A stretch of DNA of 64,000 bases from the human T2T-CHM13v2.0 reference genome, Homo sapiens. Positions 23,041-40,521 of the stretch are shown piece by piece. A program made the translations under genes and the position numbers. The stretch lies in NCBI RefSeq assembly GCF_009914755.1, contig NC_060928.1; one strand, 5' to 3'. The notes under the pieces were generated by a model. That model was given only the letters and a program-made list of their open reading frames with translations. It ran no database searches and was not told where the DNA came from. Each line of letters begins with the position of its first letter. Within the stretch, counting starts at the first letter, position 1.

Positions 23041-23099
23041 CAAATTTACATTAGCAAAGACATGGACTCAAATGTCCTTCTTTGTTTGGAAAAATTTTA

Positions 23100-26000
23100 G
23101 AAATTTACTGTAGTTTACACAAGAAATTCTGAATAAATGGAAAGATATGTTCATGGATGAGAAAATATACATACCTTGAAGTTTCGATTCTGCCTGTATT
23201 AATCAATAAATTCAATAAAATTTCAATTATAAAAATTCCAAAAACTGTTTAGGGGACTTGCCAAATGATCTTAAAATTAGTAAGAAATTATATATGTGCA
23301 AAATGGCCAAGACAATGTTCAAAACCATGAGAAGAACAACAATAATAAAAAAAGAAGAAATTTGCTCAACCTAATCAAAACTACTACAAAGCTACATACT
23401 TAAAAACAAGAGATAACTGCAAATAATAAACAAATAGTTCAGTGAAGTGAAATCTGAAATTTTGAAAAAGATTGTGGGGATGTGGATTCTGGTGTATGCA
23501 CAGATGACTTGTGAGAAAAACATTCTATTACTATAGGGATTTTAATATTCGTTGCTTATTTAGAAATTAAATCAAGTTACATATTTGTTAGGTACAAGTC
23601 AGAAAATTGAATTTGAGTTAGACTATGATGTTAAATTTCCATGAAAGTATTAAACATTATAAAGAGAAAAAACTCATATTAAAATGTGCACCAACACCAA
23701 AACTACCAATTCAACATAAAAACCCTTGATAAAATAGAATTTGGACATATGCGTTTGTGTATCTCAGTTGATAGAGAAAGGTGCCATATGTATATATGTA
23801 GGTTATATATTTAGACATTGTATATCTAGAAAATCAAAACCAACCTATTAAAAAACCATTACAAGTAATATTTCTACTAAAAAGAATTGTATATTGCAAT
23901 ATAGGAAAATCCATGTATAAAACCAATGGATGTCATATATGAAAAGCATAACCATTTAGATTATTAAATGGAAATGAAGATCTAATTTGTAATGGCAACA
24001 AAGTTGCTAAAATATCTAGGTATAAAGTCAATAAGAAATCAGCAAAGCCTCTATGACTGTGATGTTAAACATTTAACCACTGAGAACACACAAAAGAAGA
24101 GATAAACCAATGAAGGAGATATCACATTCTTAGACAGGAAGCCTCAATATTCTAAAGATTTTATTTTCTTCACAGTTAATTTACATATATGTCATGAGCA
24201 CAGGAAAAATAGTCACATTTATTTCTTCACCTGGAACAAAATGAGATGAATAAAATTCTGATAGAAAATTAAATAAAGATCATTAATCAGAAAAATGAGG
24301 AAAAAACGAAAAAGGTGGGTGTGTTAGTCCATTTGCATAGCTATAAAGGAATACCTGAAGCTGAGTAATTTACCAAGAAAAAGGGTTTACTTGGGCTCAC
24401 AGTTCTGCAGAGTGTACAAGAAGCCCAGCGCTGGCGTCTGCTTCTGGTGAGGGCTTTAAGAAAGCTTACAATCATGGTGGAAGGCAAAGGGGAGCTAGCA
24501 TATTCTATGGCGAGAATGATCGAGAGAGAGAGAGTGGGGAGGTGCCACACTCTGTTAAGAAACCAGAACTCACATAAACCCAAAGTGAGAATTCACTCAT
24601 TAACATGAGGAAGACACTATGCCATTCTTGAAGGATCTGGCTCCATGACCCAATCATCACCCACTACGCCCCACCTCCAACATTGGAGGTCACATTTCAA
24701 CATGAGATTGGGAGCAGGACAAAACATCCAAACCATATCAGGGAGATTAGACATACCAGAAATTGAAACATTTTATACAGTCTCTATAGTTAAGAATATA
24801 TGGAAATTGTTTACAAATGTTGGAAAAACTCATGAAACAGAATAGAGATCCAACAAGATACCAGGATTTATAGAAATGTAGTATTTAATAAAGGTAGCAT
24901 TTTAAATAATTGGTGAAAATATGGATGGTGTAGCAACATTTAATATGGATGTCATAGTAACAATAAGACAAAGGTAAATAAAGCAAAATGTAAATGCCAC
25001 CAGCTAAGTCAAAAGAATATAATTATAATTTTGGAAAGGTTATTTGCACACTATAATATTTAAGGTGAGGTAGGATTAATAATACAAAAGTCTGTGAAAA
25101 ATTGAGATGAAAATGACAAAAAATGGTACGAATATGGACAAAATATATGATAAATCAAGTAACAGAAAAGGAAATTTGGATGAGCATAAATATATAATTA
25201 GGTGCTTATACTATATCATAAAATGAGAACTAAAATTTAAAACACTGAACTAACATCACTCACTCACTGCATTTGCAAACATCTAACATTTTCATAACAC
25301 ACTTGTTAGTGAGGTGGTGGAAATCGAAGGGTGTTAACACATTGCAGTGGAATGCAAAAATTGCATAATTAATATGGAGAAAAAATTGGCAAAATTTAGC
25401 AAAATTATATATTTACTATTTTATATTATAATTCAATTTTTAGGAATCTATATCATACATACACTTGAACAATTACAAGATTATATATCAGCAATATTGT
25501 TGTTTTTGATGATACTTATTATAACTAAAGATTAAAAAAACCCATATTTCCAACCGAGTTCTTCATGAATAATAAAGGTCCATCTTTACAATCTAGTATT
25601 ATGTCATTTTACACAGAATGATTTCTAAACAGAGTATAAAATATTATTCAAAAACAAACAAAAGACATGTACCATGTTAATAGATGAGAAAATAAATATC
25701 ATAAATATATCAATTCTTCCAAAGTAAATTGACCAATTTTGTGCATATAAATGACAATCTTAACAAAATTTTCTGCACAATTTGATAGACTACTGATTCC
25801 AAACTTTGGCTGAATAAAAGCACAGAATAGAGAATTCAATTCTGAAAAACTATACCAGATGAAAGAAATTGTCCTAACAGATACCAGGTTTCAAGATATG
25901 AAAAAACAAAAATTAGATTGAAATGTTAAGAAATCGAGATTTCACAAAATTACAAAAATCACTTCCTACAGTTAAAGACAATATAAATTCAGTTAAAAAA

Positions 26001-26185
26001 ATCAAAAGAATGGAAGAAGGTATTTTCTACATATGTAGAACAAAGGATTTGTATCCAGAATATTAAAAAAAAGTATACAAATCAGGAAAGAAAAGTGAAA
26101 TCTCAATGGAAAAGTGGGACTGTAGTGGCAAACAGGCAATACACAGAAAAAAAATCCAGAAAAACAATAACACATAAAAAGATAA
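23100..26185 (+). mobile_element. Patchwork of very old L1M (L1ME-like) ORF2/3' fragments
   Basis: Repeated degenerate ORF2 landmarks (AATAAATGGAAAGATA, GGAAGCCTCAATATT, AAAGGATTTGTATCCAGAATA); strongly A-rich. Confidence 0.6.
24320..24740 (-). mobile_element. MST-family (MSTB-like) MaLR solo LTR
   Basis: TGTGTTAGTCCATTTGCA..CTATAAAGGAATACCTGA ... CAACATGAGATT..AAACCATATCA; TG...CA termini. Confidence 0.88.
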
Positions 26186-26189
26186 GTCA

Positions 26190-26493
<304 letters not shown>

Positions 26494-26812
26494 ATAAGTC
26501 AGAAGATTTGATTTTCTCTATCTCCAAAATATATTCATAATAGAAACACTTCTCAATTTCTCAACATTTCTACTGCTATATTTATAGACAAAACAATATC
26601 ATCTTTCATTGAATTATTTTAAAAAGTTTGTGCATACACATTAGTTATCTAAATTTATGGAGTGTATGAGATATTTTGATACAGGCATACGATGTGTAAT
26701 AATCACAATAGGATAAATGGAGTATCCATCAACTGAAGACTTTATCCTTTATATTACAAACAATTCAATTATATCTAGTTATTTTTAAATCTACAATTAA
26801 ATTATTGTTGAC

Positions 26813-27099
26813 GGCCGGGCGCGGTGGCTCACGCCTGTAATCCCAGCACTTTGGGAGGCCGAGGCGGGTGGATCATGAGGTCAGGAGATCGAGACCATCC
26901 TGGCTAACAAGGTGAAACCCCGTCTCTACTAAAAAATACAAAAAATTAGCCGGGCGCGGTGGCGGGCGCCTGTAGTCCCAGCTACTCGGGAGGCTGAGGC
27001 AGGAGAATGGCGTGAACCCGGGAAGCGGAGCTTGCAGTGAGCGAGATTGCGCCACTGCAGTCCGCAGTCCGGCCTGGGCGACAGAGCGAGACTCCGTCT

Positions 27100-27131
<32 letters not shown>
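26813..27131 (+). mobile_element. AluYb8 (human-specific young Alu)
   Basis: Diagnostic 7-bp duplication GCCACTGCAGTCCGCAGTCCGGCC, also GGATCATGAGG and CTAACAAGGTG; pure A tail over 30 nt; TSD AAATTATT(G/A)TTGAC at 26799-26812 and 27132-27145. Confidence 0.97.
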
Positions 27132-27136
<5 letters not shown>

Positions 27137-30100
27137 ATTATTGACTACAGTCACTCTGTTGTGCTATCAAATACAAGACCCTATTCATTTTTCTCTTTTT
27201 TATATCCATTAACCATTCCCACTACCCTACCCAAGCCCCCTATTACACTTCCTGGTGCCTGGTAACAGTCACGCTACTATTTTCATGAGTATAATTGTTT
27301 TAATTTTTAGCTCCTACAAATAAATGAGAACTCATGAAGTTTTTTCTTTCTGTGCCTGGCTTATTTCACTTAATCACATGTCATTCCATTCATGTTGTTT
27401 CAAATGATGGAATCTCATTCTTTTTTACAGCTGAAGAGTAATCCATTGTGTATGTGTACCACATTTTCTTTATCCATTAATCTGTTAATGAACACGGGTT
27501 GCTTCCAAATCTTTGCATTGTGAATACTGCTGCAATAAACATGGGAGTGCAGCTATCTCTTCGATACACAGATTTCCTTTCTTTTGGGTATATACCTAGC
27601 AGTGAGATTACTGAATCATATGATAGCTATATTTTTAGTTTCTTGAGGAACCTCCACACTGTTCTCCATAGTAGTTGTACTAACTTATATTCCCACCAAC
27701 AGTGTAGAAGGGTTCCCTTTTCTCCACATCCATGTCAGCATTTGTTATTGTCTGACTTTTGAATAAAAGCCATTTTAACTGGAGTGAGATGATATCTAAC
27801 TGTAGTTTTAATTTGCATTTATCTGATGATAAGTGATGTTGAGCAATTTTGATTTTCATTTATCTCATGAACAGTGACGTTGAGCATCTTTTCATAAACC
27901 TGTTTGTCTTTTGTAGGGCTTCCTTTGAGAAATGTCTATTCAGACCATTTGCCCATATTTAACCGGATTTTTAGATGTTTTTCTTGTGGAGTTGTTTGAG
28001 CTCCTTATATATTCTGATTATTAATCACTTGTCAGATGGGTAGTTTGCAAATATTTTCTCCCATTCCATGGTTGTCTCTTCACTTGGTTGATTGTTTTCT
28101 TTGCTGTGCAAAAGCTTTTAAACTTGATGTCATCCCATTTGACCAGTTTTGCTTTGGTTGCCTGTGCTTGTGGAGTATTGCTCAAGAAGTTTTTATCGAG
28201 ACCCATGTCCTGGAGAGTTTCTCCAGTGTTTTCATGCAGTGGTTTCATAATTTTAAGTCTTAGATTTAAGTCTTTAATTCATTTTAATATGAGTTTTGTA
28301 TATGACAAGAGATAGGTGGCTAGTTACATTCTTCTGCTTATAGATAATCAGTTTTCCCAGAGCCATTTATTGAAGAGACTGCCTTGGCCCAATATATGTT
28401 CTTGGCACCTTTGTCTAAAATGAGTTTACTGTATGTGTGTGGATTTGATTTCTGTGTTGTCTATTCTGTTCTCTTGGTCTATGTGTCTGTCGTTATGCCA
28501 GTACCATGTTGTTTTGGCTAATATACCTATAGCATAATTTGAAGTTAGGTAATGTGATTCCTCCAGTTTTATTCACCTTGCTTAGAATAGTTTTGGCTTG
28601 TTATTGGTTTATTCAGGTTTTGGATTTCTTCATCGTTCAGTCTTAGTAGATTGTATGTGTCTAGAATGTTATTCATTTCTTTTTGTTTTTCTAATTTATG
28701 GGCATACAGTTTCTCATAGTAGTCTCTAATGATCATTTGAATTTCTGTGGTATTTGTTGTAATGCCTCCTTTTTCATCTTTTTTTTAATTTATTTGAGTC
28801 TTTTCTCTTTGTTTTATAGTTAGTCTGGCTAAAGGTTTGCCAATTTTGTTTATCTTTTCTAAAAGTCAACTTTTAATTTATTTGACCTTTTGTATTGTTC
28901 TCTTTGTTTCAACTTCGTTTATTTCTGCTGTTATCTTTATGATGTCTTTTTTTCTACCACTCTGGGTTTGGTTTGCTTTTGGTTTTCTAGTTCTTTAAGA
29001 TGCATCTTTAGGCTGTATATTGGAAGTTTTCTACTTTTTTGATGTAGGCATTTATAGATATAAACTTCCCTCTTAGTGTTGCTTTTGTTGTCTCCCACAG
29101 ATTTTGTTGTGTTGTGTTTCCATTATATTTTTTTCAAGAAATTTTTTAGATTTCTTCTTAATTTCTTCATTGACACACTTGTTATTCAGAAGCATATTGT
29201 TTAATTTCCATGTGTTTGTATAGTTTCCAAAATTCCTCTTGGTATTGATTTCTGGTTTTATTCCATTGTGGTCAGAAAAGATGCTTGATATTATGTCAAT
29301 TTTTTGAATGATTTAAGACTTGGCTTGTAGTCTAACATATGGTCTCTCCTTGAAAATTATTCATGTGCTGAAGAGAAGAATGTTTATTCTTCAGACACGA
29401 GAAGAAATGTTCTTTAAATGTCTATTATGTCTATTTGGTCTATAGTACAGATTAAGTTCAATGTTTCTTTGTTGATTTTCTGTCTGAATGATCTGTCTAA
29501 TGCTGAAAATGAGGTGATATGTCTTCAGCTAGTGTTGTGTTGAGTTCTATCTCTCTCTTTAGCTCTAATAATATTTGCATTGTAGATCTGGATGTTCCAG
29601 TGTTAGATGCATATATGTTTACCATTTGTTAGAATCTCTTGCTGAATTCACCCCTTTATCATTATGTAATTATCTTCTTTGCCTCTTTTTGTAGTTTTTG
29701 TCTTGAATGTTATTTTGTGTGATGCAAGTACAGCTACTACTTTTTTAGGTTTTCATTTGCATGGAATACATTTTTCCATTCCTTAATTTTCACTCTGTGT
29801 GTGTTTTAACTCATTCAACTACTCTATGTCTTTGATTGGTGAGTTTAGCCCGTTTACATTCAATGTTATTATTAATAAGTAAAGGCCTACTTCTGCCATT
29901 TTGTTATCTATTTTCTGGTTGTTTTGTGGTCTTGTCTTACTTCTCTCCTTTCTTGCTGTCTTCCTTTCAGTGAAGGAGATTTTCTCTGGTAGTGTGTTTT
30001 AATTTCCTGCCTTTTGTTTTTGGTGTATCTATTATATAATTTTAATCATAAGGCTTGCAAATAACATCTTATAACCCATTATTTTAAACCGAAGACAAAT

Positions 30101-31333
30101 GAACACTTATTACTTAAACAGAATAACAAACAACCAAAAATAAAACTAATGAACACTCTACATTTTAACTGCATCCCCTCACTTTCTTTTTATGTTTTTT
30201 TTTTATTTTTTATTTTTTTGTACTATGCATGTCTTGAATAGTTGTTGCAGTTATTATTTTTGGTCAGTTCATCTCTTTATCTTTCTACATAAGATACAAG
30301 TATTTTACACACCACAATTGCAGTGTTTTCCTGTGTACTTACTGTTCCCAGTGAGTTTTGTATATTCAGGTGATTTCTTCTTGCTTATTAACATGCTTTT
30401 CTTTCAGATTGAGGAGTTCTTTTTAGCATTTTTTGTAGGAAAGATCTGGCATTGACAAAACTTCTCAGCTTTTGTTTGTCTGAGAAAGTCTTTATTTCAC
30501 CCTCATATCTGAAAGATATTTTTGCTGTATATATTATTCTAGGATAAAAGAAGGGTTTTTTCCTTTAGCATTTTATTTGAATTTCCTCAAAACAGCTATT
30601 TTGAATTCTCTGCCTAACAGGTCACATTTCTCTGTCTCTCCAGGATTATTCTCCAGTGCATTATTTAGCTTGGTGAGGTCATTTTTCCCTGGATGATCTT
30701 AAGGCTTGCAGATGTTTGTTGATGTCTGAGTATTGAAGAGTTAGGTATTTATTGTCATCTTTGCAGTCTGGGCTTGTTTGTACCCAACCTTCTTGGGAAG
30801 GCTTTCCAGGTATTTAAAAGGACTTGGGTGTTGTGGTCTAAGTTTGTGGTCACTGAAGTCCCATCTGCATTAGGAGACACTCTAAGCTCAGTAACACTGT
30901 CATTCTTGCAGATTTGCAGAGGTACCACCTTGGTGATGTTAGACAAGATCCAGAAGAATACTCTGGATTACTAGGCACAGACTCTTTTTCCCTTGCCTTA
31001 ATTTCTTTCAAACAAAAACAGTCTCTTTCTTTGGGCTGAGCTGCCTGAAGCTAGGGGAGAAGTGACCCAAGCACCTCTGTGGATACCACTACTGGAACTG
31101 TACTGGGTCAGATCTGAAGCTAGCGCAGCACTGGGTCTTGCCCAAGGCCCTCTGTAACCACTACCTGGATACCATCTATGTTTTCTCAAGCCCTTAGTTC
31201 TCCACAATTACAGTAGGCAAACCCAGCCAGGCTTGTGTCCTTCCCTTAAGGACAGCAATTTCCCCCAGGCCTTAGTGAGTTCAGAGGTGCCATCTGGGAG
31301 CCAGGGCCTGGAAACCTTAGAAATCTACCTGAC

Positions 31334-34231
<2,898 letters not shown>

Positions 34232-35185
34232 AAATCTATTCTACTGTGGCTGAGCTACCACCCAAACCCCGAGACAAAGTTCTTCCCATGCTTCTCTCCC
34301 CTTTTCCCAAGCAGAGGAGTTTCTCCCTATGTCCACCACCACCACCAGCCCAGGTGGAGTGCCGCCAGGCAACTGCAGATGTTCCCTTGAAGCCCATGGT
34401 CTCTTCAGTCAGCTTATGTTGAATGCTTCCAGGCCTTGGACTCACACTTCAGGACAGAAGGCAGTGGGCTTCCCTCTGTCCCAAAGTAGGCCCAGAAATG
34501 TCTTCTAGGAGCCAAGGCCTGAAATCGGGGACCCTAACGGACTGGTTGGTGCTCCATTTCACTGTGGCTAAGCTGGTACAGAAGCTGTAAGACAAAGTCC
34601 CCTTTACCCTTCCCTCTACTTTTCTTAAGCAGCAAGAGTCTCTCCCCATAGCCATCACAGCTGTGAATGTGTGGGTCACACTTGAAACTTTAGGTCTACT
34701 GCTATTTTATTTCTGATTTTAAAAACTACATCAGAAATATGACCTCATAAAAAAATAAACTCATCAAACTTGGAACCAAAAACAATAAACTATAATTGGA
34801 GGTCCACTCAAAAACCTTTCTAAATACAGGTGTTTATTGAGAGAAGATTGATTAAACTTGAAAACAGTGAACTAAAGAAATGTGAACTCCATTTTCAGAA
34901 ACACATCTTTGCAAAGCCAGACTTTTTAACACATAGCTATCAAACAGAAGAACAAAGTAATTTAGGTGACTCATATAATATGTATTTTCTCTTGTCAAAA
35001 GATGAATACCATCTTGAGATGACTATGACGTGTTTCCAAGTGTTTTCACATTTTTATTTTCTAAAATATTGAAGAATTTTGGGTCTTACTCCTTAGTAAA
35101 GCACTTGTTTCAGCTTTGGAAAGTTGACAAGACTGCCTGCATGTACTGTTTTTTTCAACGTTAGCAATTTATCCAAGAAATATTA

Positions 35186-36120
35186 TGTTATGCCTTATTT
35201 TATGTGCCAACTTCGCTGGGATAAGAGACGTCGAGATAGCTCATAAAATATTATTTCTGTGTATATCTGTGAGGGTGTTGGTGGAAAAGATTAACATTTC
35301 AATCTTTCGACTGAGTAAAGAAGATTCACTCTCACGAACGCTTGTGGGCCCCATCCAATCCCTTGAGGTCCCGAATAAACAAAAGAAGTGGGAAAGGGTC
35401 AATTTGCTCTCAAAACTTAAGATGGGAAATCCATCTCCTCCTGCCCTTGGGCATCCATGTTCCTGGTTAATAGGCTTTTAGACTTTGACTGGGACTGACA
35501 TAATTTGTTTTCTGGTTCTCAAGCTTTCAGGTTTGAACTAGAACCACACATTTGCTCTTGTGGGCCTCCAGCTTGCAACTGACGGGTCATTAGAGCCATG
35601 ATTTGAATGTGTCCCATTGGTGTTGCCAATGTGATAGTACTAATATGTATAGTTTTCAAGAGGTAATTAAACCATGAGGGACCCTCCTTCATGAATGGGA
35701 TTAAAATCTTTATAAAAGAAGCTTTAAGCAACATTTGGCTAGCTTTGCTTCAGCTCTTCTACTATGTGAGGACACAGCATTTGTCCCTTTTGTCTTCTTC
35801 CTTCCACCATGAGAGAATGCAGCAAGAAGGCCTTAACCAGATGCTGGTGCATTGGTCTTGGACTTGCCATTCTCCAGAACAGTGAGAAAACAAATTTTTC
35901 TTCTTTCTAAATTACCCAGTCTGAGGTACTTTGTTATAGTAAAAACAGCAACAAGAAAACTAAGACAGTGGGACCTCTCAAACTCCATAATCACATAAAC
36001 CGATCCCTTATGATAAACCCCTTTGTATATTTCTGTGTGTGTGTGTGTGTATGTGTGTGTGGGTATATATATGTATATATCTCCCACTGATTCTGTTTCT
36101 GGAGTATTTTGACTAATACA
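35186..36120 (+). mobile_element. MLT2 (ERVL) LTR, interrupted by a MaLR LTR
   Basis: TTTTATGTGCCAACTT...TCTGTGAGGGTGTT...GACTGAGTAAAGAAGAT; ends TTCTGTTTCTGGAG..TGACTAATACA. Confidence 0.8.
35594..35967 (+). mobile_element. MST/MLT1A-like MaLR LTR nested in MLT2
   Basis: CCATGATTTGAATGTGTCCC...CATGAATGGGATTA...CCAGATGCTGG..TCTTGGACTT..AATTACCCAGTCT..AACTAAGACA. Confidence 0.8.
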
Positions 36121-36240
36121 ATTTACAAGTGTTCAGTAGTTTCTATGATGGTGACCCCAAGACTTTGATTATAAACATGTTCAGATATGGCAACCCATGA
36201 ATAAAATTCTATTCTTTCAAAATGTCTAAAGTACGTTTTT

Positions 36241-36599
<359 letters not shown>

Positions 36600-36900
36600 T
36601 AGTTTAAGTAAATGCTTCCAAACTTTTTTAAGTCAACAGTTTTCTGTGTGGTATAGAAGATGTCACATACTATTACTATATCTTAAAAAACGTTTTCAAA
36701 ATATGGTAATTCACAGACTTGTTTCTGATAATTTTGATGACTTTTATAGTGTTACTATTTTTTTCAGGGCTATGGTAGAATAAAATGCATTGAGGTGATG
36801 ACTGATTTGAGCAAAACAAGATATATTATTATACAAAGCATCAAACATTAAAACCATATATGCAAATGAAATAATATGCAACATTTTTATTTTTTCTGGT

Positions 36901-37396
36901 TGTACTAGTTTTCTGTGGTTACTGTAAGAAATTACAATGGATTTGGTGTATTAAAACAATATAAAGTTATTCTTCCATAATTCTGCAGGTGAGAAGTCTG
37001 AAATCGGAATCACTGGGCCAAAATCAAGGTGTTGACAGAGCCACACTTCCTCTAGAGGTTCTAGGGGAGAATCCATGCCTTGTTTCTTCTAGCTTCTGAT
37101 GGCTTCAGCATGTCTGGCCTATGACCACATTATTTCAAACTCAGAGGCCAGGGTCTTCAAATACTGCTCTTTTCTATTTTCATATTGCCTTCTCCTCTGT
37201 GCATTTCAACTTTCCCTTTGTCTCTCTCTTATAAGGATACCTGTGATCATGTTTAGGGCCCATATGGATAATCCAAAACAATTTCTCCATCTCTCAATTT
37301 TCAACTTGGTCCTATCTACGAAGACCCTTTTTCATAGGAACTAGGAGATAATATCTTTGGGTGACAATAAAATGTCATTATTTTATTATCCTACCA
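36901..37396 (-). mobile_element. MLT1 (C/D-like) MaLR LTR
   Basis: TGTACTAGTTTTCTGTGG..TTAAAACAA..GAAGTCTGAAATC..AAAATCAAGGTGTTGACAG..CTAGGGGAGAATCC. Confidence 0.8.
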
Positions 37397-40387
37397 ATAT
37401 CAACTGTCACACTTTCATTTGGGAGAAAAAAATATTTCTAATTTCTATATTATAATAACTTTTTGAAACTTGAGTTCCTAGAAGTGATTCATAGTTACAA
37501 GTTAAAGAATTTTCCATTGATGGCTACTATCAGGAGGAGAAGTAGGTATGTATTCTTTTTTTCAGCTCAAATAAAACAAGAAGAAATTTAAGATTACAGG
37601 TAAGAAGGATTAATTACTATTTCTTGAAGTTATGAGGGCTCAGTGGACTAGCATGTGACTCCTTTATGAAAACTCTAAAGGAAAGTTAACTCGAAAAGGA
37701 AAGTGAAGGACTGTTTACTACTGTGCCAAATTACCCAGAACACTCGGGGTTTTTAAGGGCAAAGAATGGAGAAAGAGTGTTCAATAGACAAAATATGGAC
37801 CTTATATACAGGATGGCTGACTGACGGGACCCTAAAAATGAAGGAAGGAGAGATTTAGAAATTGGACCTCAAGAACTAGAGACGACCAAGAGAAAAGTCT
37901 TATGATGCAGGAAGGAAAGCACATCACTTATATCAAGTAGCAGCGATGAGGGACTTTTCTCAGAAGAAGTTGTAAAACTCTCCCTCAAGAGAAAGAGTCA
38001 GATTTCAACAACTTCCAAGACCAGAAAGCACAACACCAGCTTCTGAAACATAATTCAAAAAATAACATTGATACGTCTATAATTGCTTCTCTCTCACTTC
38101 AACTCTAACCATGAAAAGGTCAGAAATTAAGGGCACATGTAAGAGAAAAGCATATGGAAAATAATTCAAAGAGTTCACAAAAGATGAGCTAATTGAGTAT
38201 TTGATTTGGCTGAATTTCATTACTCTAAAAATAAATGGAAACAATTAGATTTAATAGATTGTTTTCAATTTCTAGTGAAAAAATATGTTTCTATGCATAG
38301 ATGACCTTTTTAAAAATTGTGTCCATAAGTTACATCATGAATAAAATAAAGTTTGTATTTTGCTGGAAAGCAGGTATTTTTAGTGACCGATATATTAGTA
38401 TTTATATCCATGACAAATAATGACTTAAAAACCATCATTCTCTCAACATGTATTACATTCTTATGCCAATTTACTACCTAGTAATGTTCAATTAATAAAA
38501 ATATTGCTGCTTGTATTTGGGTCCAGGAATTTTTAATCAGTCAAGAAAATAATAATTATACAACTAGACATTATAGACTAAATTTGAAAGCTAATGTCTT
38601 TGAAGTTTCCATGAAACTAATGCTCATGCCATTCAAGATGAGAAATTTATTAATTTCTAAGGAAATATATGCACCATCTAGATTTCTAATAGAGTTGTTG
38701 CAGTTATTTCACAAAGAAAATAATAGACGAACATGATTAAGTGCTTTCTGTTCATATACCATCTCAAGGATATAATTTGTTTCCACAAATAACCATGTGA
38801 AAATAATAGCACAACACATCACTGTTAACCGTCACAAGCCTAGAGGCTCATGCTCTTAAACTGAGTTGCTGTCCAGCTGCTTACTTGAAAATTCATAGGA
38901 TATAAAAAGGAAATATGAAAATCTCAAAATATAATTACCTCCTAGTGGTAATACAGAGTTATATAGCAGAGATTGTGTCTAGCATTTAAGAAGTTGCAGC
39001 TACATTCCATTATCAAAGATATATTTGTTAAAACATGCATATAAAAGGATTTGTAATTGAAGCACAGCTTTGATATATTTAATAGCATGTATAACTGCCA
39101 TCTTATTTTAATAGGCAATGTTTTATGTGCATTAGCAGTAATATAATGTCTTTTCCGTGTGCTCTTGCCATTAGCACTTTTTCCCTCCCTTTCTTTTAGT
39201 TAATCTTAAAACTTTAATGTAATCCAAATACATTAACATATTTTCTGCCCTCACAGTTCTTGAACAGAAGGGAGCTTTGAAATGAATTTTCCATAATTGA
39301 AGGAAGGATAGTTACTATACAACTAAATCATCAATGCTTTTTCTCAAATTCTGCCTGCCCAGTGGTTCATGTATACTTTTTCCAGGCTTAGACATGCTTA
39401 TGATCACTAAAAGTGTTGGACTGGAGCAATGAAGAGATAAAAATGAGCTAGAATGCAGAAAATTGACAAGGAGTGAATTTCAAGCATTTAAGAGAAACTT
39501 CATTCTATTATGTGCTATCAGGCCATACTATGTCTGATGGCATTGAATTAAAATGAGAAATCTGTACATATGTCCCTGTATGATTTGATAAAGGCAGAGT
39601 TTGGGGCATTATTACAAAAACTCGTATCACACCTTTTTTTTTTTTTTAATCTTCTTAACTGTTTCAAAAGATTCATTCAGACTATACTGTTTTTCTTTAT
39701 GACATTTCAGTATGCCTTTTAACACTTTTCTTGGAGAGTGTGACCTATAGAAATATGAAGAAAAGTTAATCAAGTGAATGGAAATTACCTGATTGATTTT
39801 CCCAAAGTAGTCTTATCTGGATTGTAGCTAAATATGCACACATAAAATTCTGACATAGCAATACAGAAGGGAAATATCTAGCTTTCAAACAGTAACAAAG
39901 CTGTATGATTTAATAGTCTTGAACTCTGAGCTTTAATAAACTGCATCTCAAATGTAATATTTTCATATTCTTTCAGGAATAATTTTGGTACACGTTTACT
40001 TTCATAATAAATATGTTGGAGATGCTAAGCTCAAAGACAATTGAGTAGGCTCTCATGTTCAATTCCATTAAAGGTTAGGTAGCCTGGGGTTTCTGGGATC
40101 AGATATGTTAACCTCAAACTCTTTTTAAAATAAAACATGACCTTAGATCCCAGGGGAATAATTCTATATTGCGACTTCTCTAAGGAGGCCCATTAATGTA
40201 ATTGGAAATTCCCAGGACACTTGAATGTTGTTGCTACCCTAAAAGTTTCCAGTATCAGGAGCTTATTAAAAGTTAAATGATATATTTGAACAGGGCTGTC
40301 AAACTCATGAATTTTCTATGCATTTAACTAAGTTGTGGTTGTTTATATTAAAATAAGTTTCTAATCAGTAGCAACAAAAATATTTTC

Positions 40388-40521
40388 TTTTCTTTTTTTT
40401 TTAAGAGATGGGGTCTTTCTATGTTGCTCAGGTTGGTCTCAAACTCCTGGGCTCAAATGATCCTCCCCTCTCGACCTCCCAAAGGTAGTGGGATTACAGA
40501 CATGAGCCACTGCAACTGGCA
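40388..40521 (-). mobile_element. FLAM-C / Alu left monomer
   Basis: AGAGATGGGGTCTT..AACTCCTGGGCTCAA..GATCCTCCC..CATGAGCCACTGC; TSD AAATATTTTC at 40378 and 40524. Confidence 0.85.
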
